64,000 nt of DNA, taken from positions 1,041-65,040 of IMG/VR virus record IMGVR_UViG_3300023084_000017. One strand, given 5' to 3'. The notes beneath the pieces are model-generated. The model ran no database searches. It was not told where the DNA came from and was given only the letters and a program-made list of their open reading frames with translations. Source of the stretch: a virus. Taxonomy: Duplodnaviria; Caudoviricetes. Both the position numbers and the translations under genes were made by a program. Positions 49,517 through 59,082 of this stretch are shown piece by piece (within the stretch, counting starts at the first letter, position 1; each line of letters begins with the position of its first letter).

Positions 49517-49948
49517 AGAAAGGAGATTGTCATACAAATACTTAATCTTGAGTTTGTAAAATGGTTGATTGTAATGCTTATATCAATACCAATTACATTC
49601 TTATTAATAATAGCACTTGTAGTTACTGTAGATAACTACACTCTAGACGACTAGAGGTTATATTGAGAGCATCGTAACTGGTGCTCTCTCTTATGACCTA
49701 AAGTTAACCTAAACTAGCTACAGTCTTTATTGGCCCCATCGGGAGAGGTCTATTCTAAGAATCAAAGAGTAGTCCTTTTTTCTCGCCTTTCTCCCCGCCA
49801 CCCCTAAAGATGTAGAGATATATGGGAACTTTGCCACCGCAGAACTCTAATGTTTTTTGCCATCTGGTTTTGCATCTGAGTCTGGGCTGGGACTTCATTA
49901 CACACACGCCAATGATTTCTTTTTTACGCCAAATAAATTTATTAAGTG

Positions 49949-49978
49949 TGTAACCTTTTCTGGTGTCTGGTTGTCTAA
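49949..49978 (+). promoter_or_regulatory. ECF-sigma-like promoter TGTAACC-N17-GTCTAA
   Basis: Motif copy 27 nt upstream of the ORF at 50006. Confidence 0.7.
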
Positions 49979-50005
49979 GTGTTGTAAGCTATTGAAAGGA
50001 TTACA

Positions 50006-50224
50006 ATGACTATATATAAAGTATCTGGCTATTACTTGGACAATAAGCAAGAGATTACTGATTGTTTGATTACTGATACTGACGATTGTATTAAAGACTT
50101 ATATGGCGAGGAAGTTGATTTGCCTATGGGTTTGACTGATGATGACATCTTTTATTATGGAATGGATGTTCCAGTAGAGATGGGTAATGACGAGTTTAAG
50201 ATTACAAAGTGGGAGGTTGTGTAA
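50006..50224 (+). CDS. Small acidic hypothetical protein
   Basis: GAAAGGA RBS; downstream of the promoter motif. Confidence 0.65.
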   Translation: MTIYKVSGYYLDNKQEITDCLITDTDDCIKDLYGEEVDLPMGLTDDDIFYYGMDVPVEMGNDEFKITKWEVV

Positions 50225-50433
50225 TGGAATTAACATTAAAAGATGTGATGGACTATTTACAAAAAGAGATTGTAGATATTTGTTTGGAAGCACAAGAAGA
50301 AACTGATTTACCAATGCCTAAGATTGGTGAGCAATGGGAAGACAACGTTAGCTTTTATGCGGGGTATTTCAACGCATTAACTAATGTAGTTTCAGATTTA
50401 AGAGACGGTAGTAAATTTATTAAGGGAGAGTAA
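50224..50433 (+). CDS. Hypothetical protein
   Basis: TAATG coupling; likely start MELTLKD. Confidence 0.6.
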   Translation: MELTLKDVMDYLQKEIVDICLEAQEETDLPMPKIGEQWEDNVSFYAGYFNALTNVVSDLRDGSKFIKGE

Positions 50434-50603
50434 TGGAAGTATTCAGTAGTTGGGTATTAGGTTGGTTTGCTACGACTATTCCTTGGGGTCTGGTAAAAGA
50501 AGATGTTGCAGAGATTGTTGAAGAAACGGCAATCTATTACACATCAACCAATGATTTGTCCTTTTGGTATAAGGAGAATGTGTAATGGGTAGAAGGGGAC
50601 TAT

Positions 50604-50942
50604 ATGTTGTATGCTGATAAAAAGATTGTGAAATTATTCACTTATGTCTATTACACACAAGCAAAGTATTGGTACTTTAGATACAGATGTAATAACATTT
50701 ATAATAATTTTCTGGCTGATTACTTTCCAAATTTCTGGAGAGCAGAAAGAAGATATCTTAAAGGCATAGTTTATCGTTACCGATTACACAAAAAACTTGG
50801 TGTATGGTTTAGACCAATCGTAAAAAATAAAAGAAGTGATGTCTTATTTCACAATGTCAATGTGTATCTAAGTATGTGGGAGTATTACTCTGGTAAAAAA
50901 TACTACCTCAGTCGTTATCTTAAGAAAGCTATAACTTCCTAA
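50604..50942 (+). CDS. Basic, Tyr-rich hypothetical protein
   Basis: 112-aa ORF with AAGGGG RBS. Confidence 0.5.
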   Translation: MLYADKKIVKLFTYVYYTQAKYWYFRYRCNNIYNNFLADYFPNFWRAERRYLKGIVYRYRLHKKLGVWFRPIVKNKRSDVLFHNVNVYLSMWEYYSGKKYYLSRYLKKAITS

Positions 50943-51018
50943 CGTTAGTCGCCATAAAAGGTAACAACACCTACCTCAGTTTTTCTATCAATCTATGAGG
51001 ACAACTAACGCTAGGAAC

Positions 51019-51642
51019 TTACAACATCTCTATTTGTAATTGTTGAGCAATCCATAAAGCTATTTCATCTTTTTCTTTTCCTACTTGTGACTGAACCATC
51101 AATGCCCATTGGTCATAAGCATCTTGTGAAACTTTTAACTTATACTTACCTACCTTTATCGTTACATCTTCTTTCTCTTGTGTAATAGGTTCTTCCATCG
51201 TCTTTAAAATATCATCCATATCATCTAAATCCCAACCTGTTCCATCTAAAGAACCTGTTTCTTGCAGTATGTTGTGTAATGATTCCAGAAGAAGGTCATC
51301 ATTCCAACCACCTAGTTCTGTTAATCTATTATCGGCAATGAGATATGCCTCTGCTTCTCCGTCATTTTCCATATCTATTTCATGGCATGGCACTAACCAT
51401 GTTTCATTATCTACAAATATGTTCTTTGGTGCGTCATAGTTACCTTCTTTCAAGGTCTTTAATGCTTTGATTCTTCCATGACCTGCAAGTAATTTATTTG
51501 TTTTTTTATCTATTAATACTGGTTGTGTGTAACCAAATCTAATCATTGACTCTGTTAAAGTTCCAATGTCGTGGTCTTTAGCATTCCTATCTGCCTCTTG
51601 TACTTCGTATATATCTACGTACTTATACCACTTCTTATCCAT
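51019..51642 (-). CDS. ParB/Srx-like N-terminal domain protein
   Basis: NAK.H....L..S..RFG..QP......L.AGHGR..A..A..IADNRL. Confidence 0.85.
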   Translation of the reverse strand: MDKKWYKYVDIYEVQEADRNAKDHDIGTLTESMIRFGYTQPVLIDKKTNKLLAGHGRIKALKTLKEGNYDAPKNIFVDNETWLVPCHEIDMENDGEAEAYLIADNRLTELGGWNDDLLLESLHNILQETGSLDGTGWDLDDMDDILKTMEEPITQEKEDVTIKVGKYKLKVSQDAYDQWALMVQSQVGKEKDEIALWIAQQLQIEML

Positions 51643-51866
51643 TACTCTTCTTCAACTCCTGCACTTAACTCCATTTGTTTTTGGCGTAACTTCTTAATAC
51701 TACTTTCTAAAGACATAAGTTGTTGTTGCCAAACTAAATGTTGGTCTTGTTGTTGAAACTTAGATGGCTCAATCAATGTCATAGCAAAGTGATTACCTTC
51801 TAATTCTTTCAACTGTTTAGAAACAATTGTTGCCTTGTCTCTTTCTGATATATAAATATAATCCAT
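51642..51866 (-). CDS. Small coiled-coil protein, paralog of 9854..10123
   Basis: YI.ISERDK..IV..QL.ELE..HFA. Confidence 0.65.
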   Translation of the reverse strand: MDYIYISERDKATIVSKQLKELEGNHFAMTLIEPSKFQQQDQHLVWQQQLMSLESSIKKLRQKQMELSAGVEEE

Positions 51867-52113
51867 TACTCCTCCTCACATGCGCACTTATAAGTATCAC
51901 ACCAACTACACCATACATTAATTGATGCATAATCAAGTTGATATTTAGCCATCTTCTCTGAATACATTTGGTGCAATCCTCCTAAGTACTTCCATATCTT
52001 TTTTTAATTCTAATTGTTGTTGCATTTTTTCATTAGCTTGTTGTTTAAGTTTTCTGTCATACCAAAACAAAAATATTTTATCGTCTATCTTACTGTAAAG
52101 TTTTATTATGTAA

Positions 52114-52461
52114 TCAAACATCTTTGACTCCCTTAAAAACATATTTGTATTGTGGTGATTGATGGTTGTGTAATGGTTCATCACAACGCTCTTTATCAAT
52201 TACCCAATCATATTCGTGTCTTAAGGTCCATATCAATGCACCAAATCTTGGTATGTAATGTTCCATAAAGTCAGAATGACACACATCTCTTTGTGTATAA
52301 AACAACTTCATTACTTTATCCATTTGTGTAACAGGTTCTATAGGGACGTTAGTTGGCTCACTGAGGAAGAAAGTTTTTTGGGCGTAAGATTCCTCTTCCT
52401 CAGTAATACCATCATCAGCCCACTCTGTTAAAAAGTTACTAACTTCATACTGAGTAGACAT
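52114..52461 (-). CDS. Putative winged-HTH protein
   Basis: YIPRFGALIWTLR...W.I resembles the phage wHTH 'R..ARI..LR' motif; AGGAG RBS. Confidence 0.45.
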   Translation of the reverse strand: MSTQYEVSNFLTEWADDGITEEEESYAQKTFFLSEPTNVPIEPVTQMDKVMKLFYTQRDVCHSDFMEHYIPRFGALIWTLRHEYDWVIDKERCDEPLHNHQSPQYKYVFKGVKDV

Positions 52462-52469
52462 AATTCTCC

Positions 52470-52946
52470 TTAGAACGGTGCTTCGTTCTCTCCGTAGTCA
52501 GTTCTTGCTACGGGTTCTGGTTGTTTCTCCACCGCACCTAAAACTTCTTTAGCGCCATCGATTCCGCTTTTATATGTGTTAGATTCTTGAACAGAGCCAT
52601 CACCTTGATATCTCACGCCACCTACTGTTTGCCAATCCAAAAGAACTGCAACTGTATCAGCAGTGATAACCATTTGAGTTTTCTCGTTACCATCTTGACC
52701 AGTCCATTTTTCTTCTGTTAATCTACCTTTAACATCAACACGCATTGTGTTTTTATCATCGGGCCATGAAGCCATTAAGTTCTCACCTAAAGCACCCCAC
52801 ATCTTTACAGTTACCCACATATCATCTTTATCACCATATGTTTTTATAACCATTCTTGTTGAAGTAATCGACTTGCCTGTGCCTGTCATTCTTACTTCTG
52901 GTTTTGTCATATTGCCTTGCAATAACACTTGATTATTACTTGCCAT
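52470..52946 (-). CDS. ssb: Single-stranded DNA-binding protein
   Basis: N.V.L.GN.T..PE.R.T..G..V..WG..EN..V.GRL...W...DG; acidic EAPF tail. Confidence 0.93.
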   Translation of the reverse strand: MASNNQVLLQGNMTKPEVRMTGTGKSITSTRMVIKTYGDKDDMWVTVKMWGALGENLMASWPDDKNTMRVDVKGRLTEEKWTGQDGNEKTQMVITADTVAVLLDWQTVGGVRYQGDGSVQESNTYKSGIDGAKEVLGAVEKQPEPVARTDYGENEAPF

Positions 52947-53484
52947 TACTACTCTCCCTCGTATTTTTTAATTGTTCCAACGGCTTATGTATTGGAAACC
53001 ACTCTAGAAATTTTGGCTTAGCTGATTCCCATGGTTCATCTAAATCCCATCGACTAGAGTCCTCATGTTTTTCTGCTTTTCCATTTTTAAATCGTGTAAT
53101 CATTTTATCATAAACTGCATGTGCAAAACTATCGTATCCATTTAATTCAAGATACTCTATTAAACCACCTGCATTTTTTTGAAAGTAATCAGTACCACTG
53201 GGTAATTGATTATGTGATTCAGCTTCTTCTTCAAATCTTTTCCATGTCTCGTGACACACTTGAAAGAACTTAGGTAAAGAAAAAAATTCTGAACTACTTT
53301 TATAGTATAAGAATAATGAATCCCAAATAACTTTTTTTGGAATTAGTTTGTAGTCATCAAAGATAGAAACTACTTCGTCATCTGACCAGTTAACAGGCCA
53401 ACGAGTGTTTATCCATTGTACTATTGCAACCCAGTCTTGTTTGGTAATTGTTTCGTTTAACTCATTTGTATTACTATCACTCAC
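52936..53484 (-). CDS. Hypothetical protein, possibly a replication accessory
   Basis: AAAGGAG RBS; adjacent to ssb. Confidence 0.6.
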   Translation of the reverse strand: MSDSNTNELNETITKQDWVAIVQWINTRWPVNWSDDEVVSIFDDYKLIPKKVIWDSLFLYYKSSSEFFSLPKFFQVCHETWKRFEEEAESHNQLPSGTDYFQKNAGGLIEYLELNGYDSFAHAVYDKMITRFKNGKAEKHEDSSRWDLDEPWESAKPKFLEWFPIHKPLEQLKNTRESSNGK

Positions 53485-53570
53485 TGTATTCTCCTTTATA
53501 ATTTATTGTAACTAACAAGCGTGGATATTTCACGTCCACTTTGTAGGAACAGTTCCTTTTAATAGATTTA

Positions 53571-54053
53571 TTAAGCGACATTTGCACCACTCCTTATACA
53601 GTTAGCACATTTTTGTGTTCTTATATTTTTTAAACCACCACAGTCACATTGTTCAAATTTGTTTAGTAAATCATCTGCCCAAAGCTTTGTATCTTCTAAC
53701 CCTAATAGATATGAGTCAACTAAATAGAACTCATCCCAACTAGGTCGATTTACTTCAGAAAAGTCTGTACCTAAATCAATCTGTTTTTGTCTGATATCAG
53801 CTCTTATGTCTTCACTTAAATTATAGTCATCGATATCACGACAATCTCTGTGGTGTTGCTCTAAGCTTTCAGCTGAACAATCTAAAATATACTCAAACCA
53901 CATGTAGTCTTCGTAATCTTCTTGTGGAACTGCCCAATTGCAATTGGTGTGCAGTAGTCTAAGTTGTTTTATATAAAACATTCTGAATACTGTATCAAAT
54001 TTTTCTTTGATTAAAGCAGTAGCATAATGTTCAGTGTTCCAATTAGGTATCAT
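53571..54053 (-). CDS. Hypothetical protein with N-terminal IPNWN and a C-terminal Cys cluster
   Basis: MIPNWN...; CDCGG......CANC. Confidence 0.65.
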   Translation of the reverse strand: MIPNWNTEHYATALIKEKFDTVFRMFYIKQLRLLHTNCNWAVPQEDYEDYMWFEYILDCSAESLEQHHRDCRDIDDYNLSEDIRADIRQKQIDLGTDFSEVNRPSWDEFYLVDSYLLGLEDTKLWADDLLNKFEQCDCGGLKNIRTQKCANCIRSGANVA

Positions 54054-54361
54054 TACTTAATCTCCAGTATCTCTTTCGTATCTAATTCATTAAAGATAGA
54101 CTCAGCAACTATATAGTCATAAAAGCTAAGGCCTGCATCTATAAATCTTTTTCTACTAAATCTTTTAGTATCTTTTTCTGCATATCTTTGAATGTTAAAA
54201 AACAATTCTGCGCTTTTAGTTAATAATTTTTCGATACTATCTCTATCAAGTTCACAAGCAACACCTGTCAACGCCATGTGTAATGACGCTGACCTGGTGC
54301 CACCATTTGAATGCACATTATTGTTATCAATATATTTTTGTAAAAGTTCTATACAGTTCAT
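54053..54361 (-). CDS. Hypothetical protein
   Basis: Coupled ORF; RF.R.RFI.A.G motif. Confidence 0.6.
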   Translation of the reverse strand: MNCIELLQKYIDNNNVHSNGGTRSASLHMALTGVACELDRDSIEKLLTKSAELFFNIQRYAEKDTKRFSRKRFIDAGLSFYDYIVAESIFNELDTKEILEIK

Positions 54362-55332
54362 TGTGTTACCAACCTACTGTAAACTTTATCAGTCAATGGA
54401 CTCTGACTACCCTTGATAGTCCTCATCGCTATGACTTCCTCCCTTTTATATTTTCTAACTGGTGCATACCATTGTTCGTATTCACTATAAGCGTTCAACA
54501 AAGCCCATGCTGATTTATCGTGTTCTGAAAACTCTGGGTTTAAAAACCTTTGTGTAATAGCAAATCTTGCTTGCTCACGATTCTGAACTTGTGAAGCATT
54601 TGTTTTATCTTCATTAAGTTCTACTGTGGGAACCATGCTATCTAAGATTTCATAGAATGAATCTTTAGTTACTTGTTGTTCAATTAGTTTTTCCATTTCT
54701 TCTTGGAATGAATCAACATATTTGTAGTTTATTTCTAATAACTTTCTAGCTTGGTCAATCTTTGAATGCACATTGTTAGTGTGTCTGAAACCAAAGCTTG
54801 TTGCGTTATCTTTTAGAGCTAGTGCTAATGTATTAGAACATACAACTCTAATAGGTGTAGTCATCCCTTTTATAGCAGTACTACCATCATGACTGTTTGT
54901 TAATAGCAAGTAAGGAATTGTTTTGTCTTCACCAACAACAATATCTTTACCTAAATTAATTAACATCCATACAATCTTTCCACCATACAAACTTCCTGCT
55001 GTTTCATACTTAGCCTCACTGTCGTCTAGTACTGTGTCTAAGAAATCAAAACATTCTATATTCTGTATTGGTGTGTAACGATTACCCACAACGCCAAGAA
55101 CTCTATCATCAGAATTTCTAACGGTTGCATAATGGTCTGGAACATCAATAAGACTTGATACATCTGTATTGTTGTCTTCTTGAAATGTTGCTAGTTCTCT
55201 TAGGCTTACTGTCCAATCAAGACCTGCTTTTACTATTGCTTCAGAAGAAGTTAAAGCTCCTTCAGTTACATTACCTATTCTGTGCCATGGAATTTCCCTA
55301 GCACTAAACATTGTTTCTACTTCTGCGGGCAT
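54358..55332 (-). CDS. DUF932 / TIGR03299-family protein
   Basis: ETMFS.RE.PWH..G..AGLDW.V..LG.VG.RY.P.QN..ETAGSL.GG..NSHDGS..TP.RVVC.NTL. Confidence 0.9.
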   Translation of the reverse strand: MPAEVETMFSAREIPWHRIGNVTEGALTSSEAIVKAGLDWTVSLRELATFQEDNNTDVSSLIDVPDHYATVRNSDDRVLGVVGNRYTPIQNIECFDFLDTVLDDSEAKYETAGSLYGGKIVWMLINLGKDIVVGEDKTIPYLLLTNSHDGSTAIKGMTTPIRVVCSNTLALALKDNATSFGFRHTNNVHSKIDQARKLLEINYKYVDSFQEEMEKLIEQQVTKDSFYEILDSMVPTVELNEDKTNASQVQNREQARFAITQRFLNPEFSEHDKSAWALLNAYSEYEQWYAPVRKYKREEVIAMRTIKGSQSPLTDKVYSRLVTQ

Positions 55333-55586
55333 TACTTACCTTCTTTCTCGTGTTCTATTATTTCTTTCATCCAACTAAGTGCTTCTATCCAACCGAAATA
55401 TAATGGCAATACTTTTGTATTGTTATCTAAGTCTCCATAAGATATTTCCTCTGCCATAAGCTTTAGTTTTTTAATAGGCGTTTCTCTACTCACACCTGTG
55501 TTGTGTTCCATCAACTCTCTCACTTCCCAATCTTGTTTCTCTAAATCAACGATGAGATTGTTGAGAGTTTTATTTATTTTTGTCAT
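55332..55586 (-). CDS. Hypothetical protein
   Basis: Coupled ORF; likely start MTKINK. Confidence 0.55.
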   Translation of the reverse strand: MTKINKTLNNLIVDLEKQDWEVRELMEHNTGVSRETPIKKLKLMAEEISYGDLDNNTKVLPLYFGWIEALSWMKEIIEHEKEGK

Positions 55587-56136
55587 ATAAATCTTTCTCC
55601 TCCCCATTTTCCAGTGCTTGCAAATACTTTGGTGCTTTGCTCTCTGGAAGAATAGTTACATTGTTGTTTGTTACTTCTTTATAAAACAAAGACTCGACAA
55701 TTGTGTTTGGGTCTTGGCCTCTTTCAGTAGCTACTGCTTTTATACCAGTCAGTCTGAACTCTGGTCGAACAACTGCTCTCCAGTCTTCTCCCAAATAGTC
55801 AAGAACTTTTTCCTTATCGTAAGGCTTGTAAGTAGTACTAGGCCTGCCGACAATAACTTTTTCATTAATCTTGATAGCTTTTCCTTCATATCTTTCTCCT
55901 AATTCAATTGTCATTCTCTCTTTTATTTTTCTCCCTGCTGTAATAACATCCTCTATTTTCCTCATAAGAGTCATAAATTCTGCTATGTCCTCTGGAAATT
56001 CTATATCCATAACGTCAGATTCTTCTATGTTTGAGTCATCATTGTTATAAGTTAGTTCAAGATTCTTTGCTGTAAACTTTACTCTATTTACAGCATCGTC
56101 TAGAATTTCATTGTAGGACGATTGGTTATTATCCAA
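55570..56136 (-). CDS. Hypothetical protein
   Basis: 188-aa ORF with AAGGAGG RBS. Confidence 0.65.
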   Translation of the reverse strand: MDNNQSSYNEILDDAVNRVKFTAKNLELTYNNDDSNIEESDVMDIEFPEDIAEFMTLMRKIEDVITAGRKIKERMTIELGERYEGKAIKINEKVIVGRPSTTYKPYDKEKVLDYLGEDWRAVVRPEFRLTGIKAVATERGQDPNTIVESLFYKEVTNNNVTILPESKAPKYLQALENGEEKDLYDKNK

Positions 56137-56335
56137 TTGTATCCTCCTTGTTAGTACCCAATGAAGAGAGACTTCGGTCTCTCTTCAACTCAATAGAAAA
56201 AGATTGTAATTTTTTATTGGATACATCTCCAGTCATTACATCTTCATCCATTGTAAAAGTTGTATGATATTTAAGTGTCCAGTCTTTCATACTGAATACA
56301 TCTTTACTTTTCATATCTTTACGCTTTATTGCCAT
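56129..56335 (-). CDS. Hypothetical protein
   Basis: AAGGAG RBS directly after the promoter motif. Confidence 0.6.
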   Translation of the reverse strand: MAIKRKDMKSKDVFSMKDWTLKYHTTFTMDEDVMTGDVSNKKLQSFSIELKRDRSLSSLGTNKEDTIG

Positions 56336-56356
56336 AAATTTTTTCTCCTTCCCCTA

Positions 56357-56386
56357 TTAGACCTAAATAAATCTATAAAGGTTACA
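56357..56386 (-). promoter_or_regulatory. ECF-sigma-like promoter TGTAACC-N17-GTCTAA
   Basis: Reverse-strand copy followed by TAGGGGAA and an RBS. Confidence 0.7.
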
Positions 56387-56491
56387 TAAAATATTATCTT
56401 TTTCCTTTTACGTATTTGTAGAACCATCTAGTCCTCATTTCAATGACGTATGTGTAATCAATAAGCTTCCACAGTAGCCTCCTAATTACTC

Positions 56492-56863
56492 TCATTCTTC
56501 CTGCTCACTACTGAAGGTCCACTCTTCTTTTGCGTTAAACTTAGACCATACATCCCACTGTTTCATTGTTTCATCTCCATATTTAACACTCCATACTTTA
56601 TTCATATTTTTAATCTGCTCTTTAGATTGCTCATAATCTTTTCGACTATTGTTCCTACCAGTTGCATTAGCCCAATCAATTACGGTTTTAGTCTTCCATA
56701 ATTTAGTTCTACCTTTATTGATAGAAGCATCTGGCTTTGGTAACACATACCTTTGTTGCCATTGAGATACAGTAGAAGGTTTAACACCTAATACTTCTGC
56801 TATCTCATTAACTCCCAGTGGGTAATCCTCGAAAGAATATTCCTCTGCGTTTTGATTGCTCAT
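56492..56863 (-). CDS. HTH DNA-binding protein (excisionase/AlpA-like)
   Basis: G..EIAE.LGV...TV..W..R..LP.P......LW...V..W; likely start MSNQNA behind GGAGG. Confidence 0.7.
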   Translation of the reverse strand: MSNQNAEEYSFEDYPLGVNEIAEVLGVKPSTVSQWQQRYVLPKPDASINKGRTKLWKTKTVIDWANATGRNNSRKDYEQSKEQIKNMNKVWSVKYGDETMKQWDVWSKFNAKEEWTFSSEQEE

Positions 56864-57947
56864 TATTTCCTCCAATATATATTTTGTAAAATTCTTCTGG
56901 ACTCTTTTGATTGTATTTATCATACGAACAGTCCCATCTGTATTTATTAATAAATGATTGTGCATTATCAAATCTGCTACCGACTTCTTTAATACAGAAC
57001 CTACAATAATCAGTGACATGTGGTCTGTGTTGTGGATAAGGTCTTACTAAGTAATAATCCCAATAATCAACAGTGGTACAGCCTTCTGTTTTACATTCTT
57101 TGTTTACAGCTAAATCAAAGTCTATAAATTTTTGTTTTCTTTTCTTGTTCGACATTTGAAATCTTTCCATACATTGTCGACAGTTAGACTGAAGACCACC
57201 ACTTTGACGTTTAGATAAATCAAAATATCTCCTATGCTTTACGACTTTACAAGCTGTACATTTTTTTTCACTAGCAATTTTTGTTGGGTCGTATTCTTCT
57301 TTTCTTTTCTCATAGTAAGCACTCACTTGTGCAATACTACATTCTTTACAAGTTCTAGAATATCCATGTCTTGTCTTTTCAGAATTATGAAAATCTGCAA
57401 CTGGCAATGTTAATTTACATCTGTAACATTTTAAAGTTTCTGGATTGTCTAATTTATGTTCTCTTATTCTTATTGCTTCATCAAACATATCAGCAACTTT
57501 TTGATTCCTAATTTTCCAATACTGAACATAGTTCTCATTGACATCAACAAAAGCAAAAATACTCTTCATAGCAACGTAAGGTTTGTTAGCCAATATGTCT
57601 GTATACTCTTTTATCTTTTCAAAGTTTGGTGACTCACCATATGTAGAAATCATTCTATCCCTACCCATGTCTGTACCAAATGTTTTTTTATACAATATTC
57701 TTACGGCCTCTCTCGTTGTTTTGAAAACATCAGCCCAAGCTTGTATTGTATAATCGGGATAGATTTCAATTAAGACTTTAAATGTATCTGCATCGGGTAA
57801 TCTCTCATGTCTCATCTTGTGAATTGGACATATCATCATCTTCTTACTTAAAGATACTGAATCATCGTGTATCATTTCACAATCAATATAAAAATATTTA
57901 TATATTTCTTTTATTTGTTCGTCGTTAAATTGAGCCATTGCGGGCAT
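56808..57947 (-). CDS. HTH plus tandem Cys4 zinc-finger protein
   Basis: TREAVR helix; repeats C..C.......F......G....C..C. Confidence 0.7.
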   Translation of the reverse strand: MPAMAQFNDEQIKEIYKYFYIDCEMIHDDSVSLSKKMMICPIHKMRHERLPDADTFKVLIEIYPDYTIQAWADVFKTTREAVRILYKKTFGTDMGRDRMISTYGESPNFEKIKEYTDILANKPYVAMKSIFAFVDVNENYVQYWKIRNQKVADMFDEAIRIREHKLDNPETLKCYRCKLTLPVADFHNSEKTRHGYSRTCKECSIAQVSAYYEKRKEEYDPTKIASEKKCTACKVVKHRRYFDLSKRQSGGLQSNCRQCMERFQMSNKKRKQKFIDFDLAVNKECKTEGCTTVDYWDYYLVRPYPQHRPHVTDYCRFCIKEVGSRFDNAQSFINKYRWDCSYDKYNQKSPEEFYKIYIGGNNEQSKRRGIFFRGLPTGS

Positions 57948-57968
57948 ATATTCCTCCTTTTTCCCCTA

Positions 57969-57998
57969 TTAGACCTTAATGTTTTCAAAAAGGTTACA
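57969..57998 (-). promoter_or_regulatory. ECF-sigma-like promoter TGTAACC-N17-GTCTAA
   Basis: Reverse-strand copy followed by TAGGGGAA and AAAGGAG. Confidence 0.7.
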
Positions 57999-58104
57999 TA
58001 ATAATTTTATGTACTTGTATAGATTAAACTGTATACCCCACCTTGTCAAGGATTTAAATTAAAAACCTTTCTTTTTTCTGTATGAGTATTAAAATAAGTA
58101 TGAG

Positions 58105-58338
58105 ATGAGAGAACAACTTAATACTCTAAATGAAAGCTTTAGCTTTTACTTTAGTGACCACAGGGTTGATGTAGAACCTAGCGTTGATGGTGTGCTTTAC
58201 AATGCACACATCTACAGAGTTATGGGTGGTAATGATTACCCTCTTGACTTTGCTTACGTTGAGACAATTACATCAATAGCAATTGAGGAAGCTGGAGAAA
58301 AAGCTAGGCAATATATATTAAATAAATTAACTGTGTAA
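58105..58338 (+). CDS. Hypothetical protein
   Basis: First ORF of the rightward block. Confidence 0.55.
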   Translation: MREQLNTLNESFSFYFSDHRVDVEPSVDGVLYNAHIYRVMGGNDYPLDFAYVETITSIAIEEAGEKARQYILNKLTV

Positions 58339-58363
58339 CCTTTTGTTTACTTAGTTGGTCTAA
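58334..58363 (+). promoter_or_regulatory. ECF-sigma-like promoter TGTAACC-N17-GTCTAA
   Basis: Motif copy upstream of the transglycosylase gene. Confidence 0.7.
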
Positions 58364-58391
58364 GTAGCAAAAGAACAGAAGGAGATTTATT

Positions 58392-58937
58392 TTGATTGCA
58401 GAATGTATGCTATTTTTAGCATTGAGTACTGTACCTTCAGTTGGGCAGGAAACACAATTTATAAACACTCACATGGAATGTCGTGATGAAATTCCAAATT
58501 CTATGACACAATATTCCGACTTATACTTAGAACATTTTGACTTTGATAATATAGACACAGCTGTACGTATAGGTTGGTGTGAATCAAGAGGTAAATCAAA
58601 CGCATATAGGACTGACAATAAAGATACTGGTGTTATGCAATTCGTGCCTTGGACATGGAACTGGGTTGCAGAAACCTACGACCTACCAATGTGGGACGAG
58701 TGGATAATACTTCGTTGGGGTAGACCTTATGATTTTAAAGGTAAGACATATCGTACTAATATAGGTTTTGAACAAATAAGAGTTCAGTACTCTCCGTACT
58801 ACAATATATTGTTTGCTTCAATTTTAGCAGAAGATATTTATGGTAGAACACAATGGAAAGATTGGAACTCTAGTAAATGGTGTTGGGAAGATGTAGATAA
58901 GTGGGAAAGAAAATGGAAAGCAGAGATATCACAATAG
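58392..58937 (+). CDS. Lytic transglycosylase (SLT/Rpf-like) with a hydrophobic N-terminus
   Basis: AVRIGWCES.G...A......G.MQF...TW catalytic motif; late W..W. Confidence 0.75.
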   Translation: MIAECMLFLALSTVPSVGQETQFINTHMECRDEIPNSMTQYSDLYLEHFDFDNIDTAVRIGWCESRGKSNAYRTDNKDTGVMQFVPWTWNWVAETYDLPMWDEWIILRWGRPYDFKGKTYRTNIGFEQIRVQYSPYYNILFASILAEDIYGRTQWKDWNSSKWCWEDVDKWERKWKAEISQ

Positions 58938-59082
58938 TATTTTGTCGTGTTTGTAAAAACGAATTAGTACCAAGTGATGTAACAACTATTTGTGATGGCT
59001 GTCTATTTAGTTTAGGTGATAGGGAAAATGGAAGAAGATAAATCTTATTACGATGATGACTATGGGTTTGATGATTTAGACT

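Noticed and set aside
49730-49870. GC-rich non-coding stretch as a tRNA or riboswitch
   Set aside because: No cloverleaf or recognisable aptamer; only ambiguous alternative pairings
56492-56863. Evidence of an integration module
   Set aside because: The HTH is excisionase-like, but no integrase or att site is visible in the window
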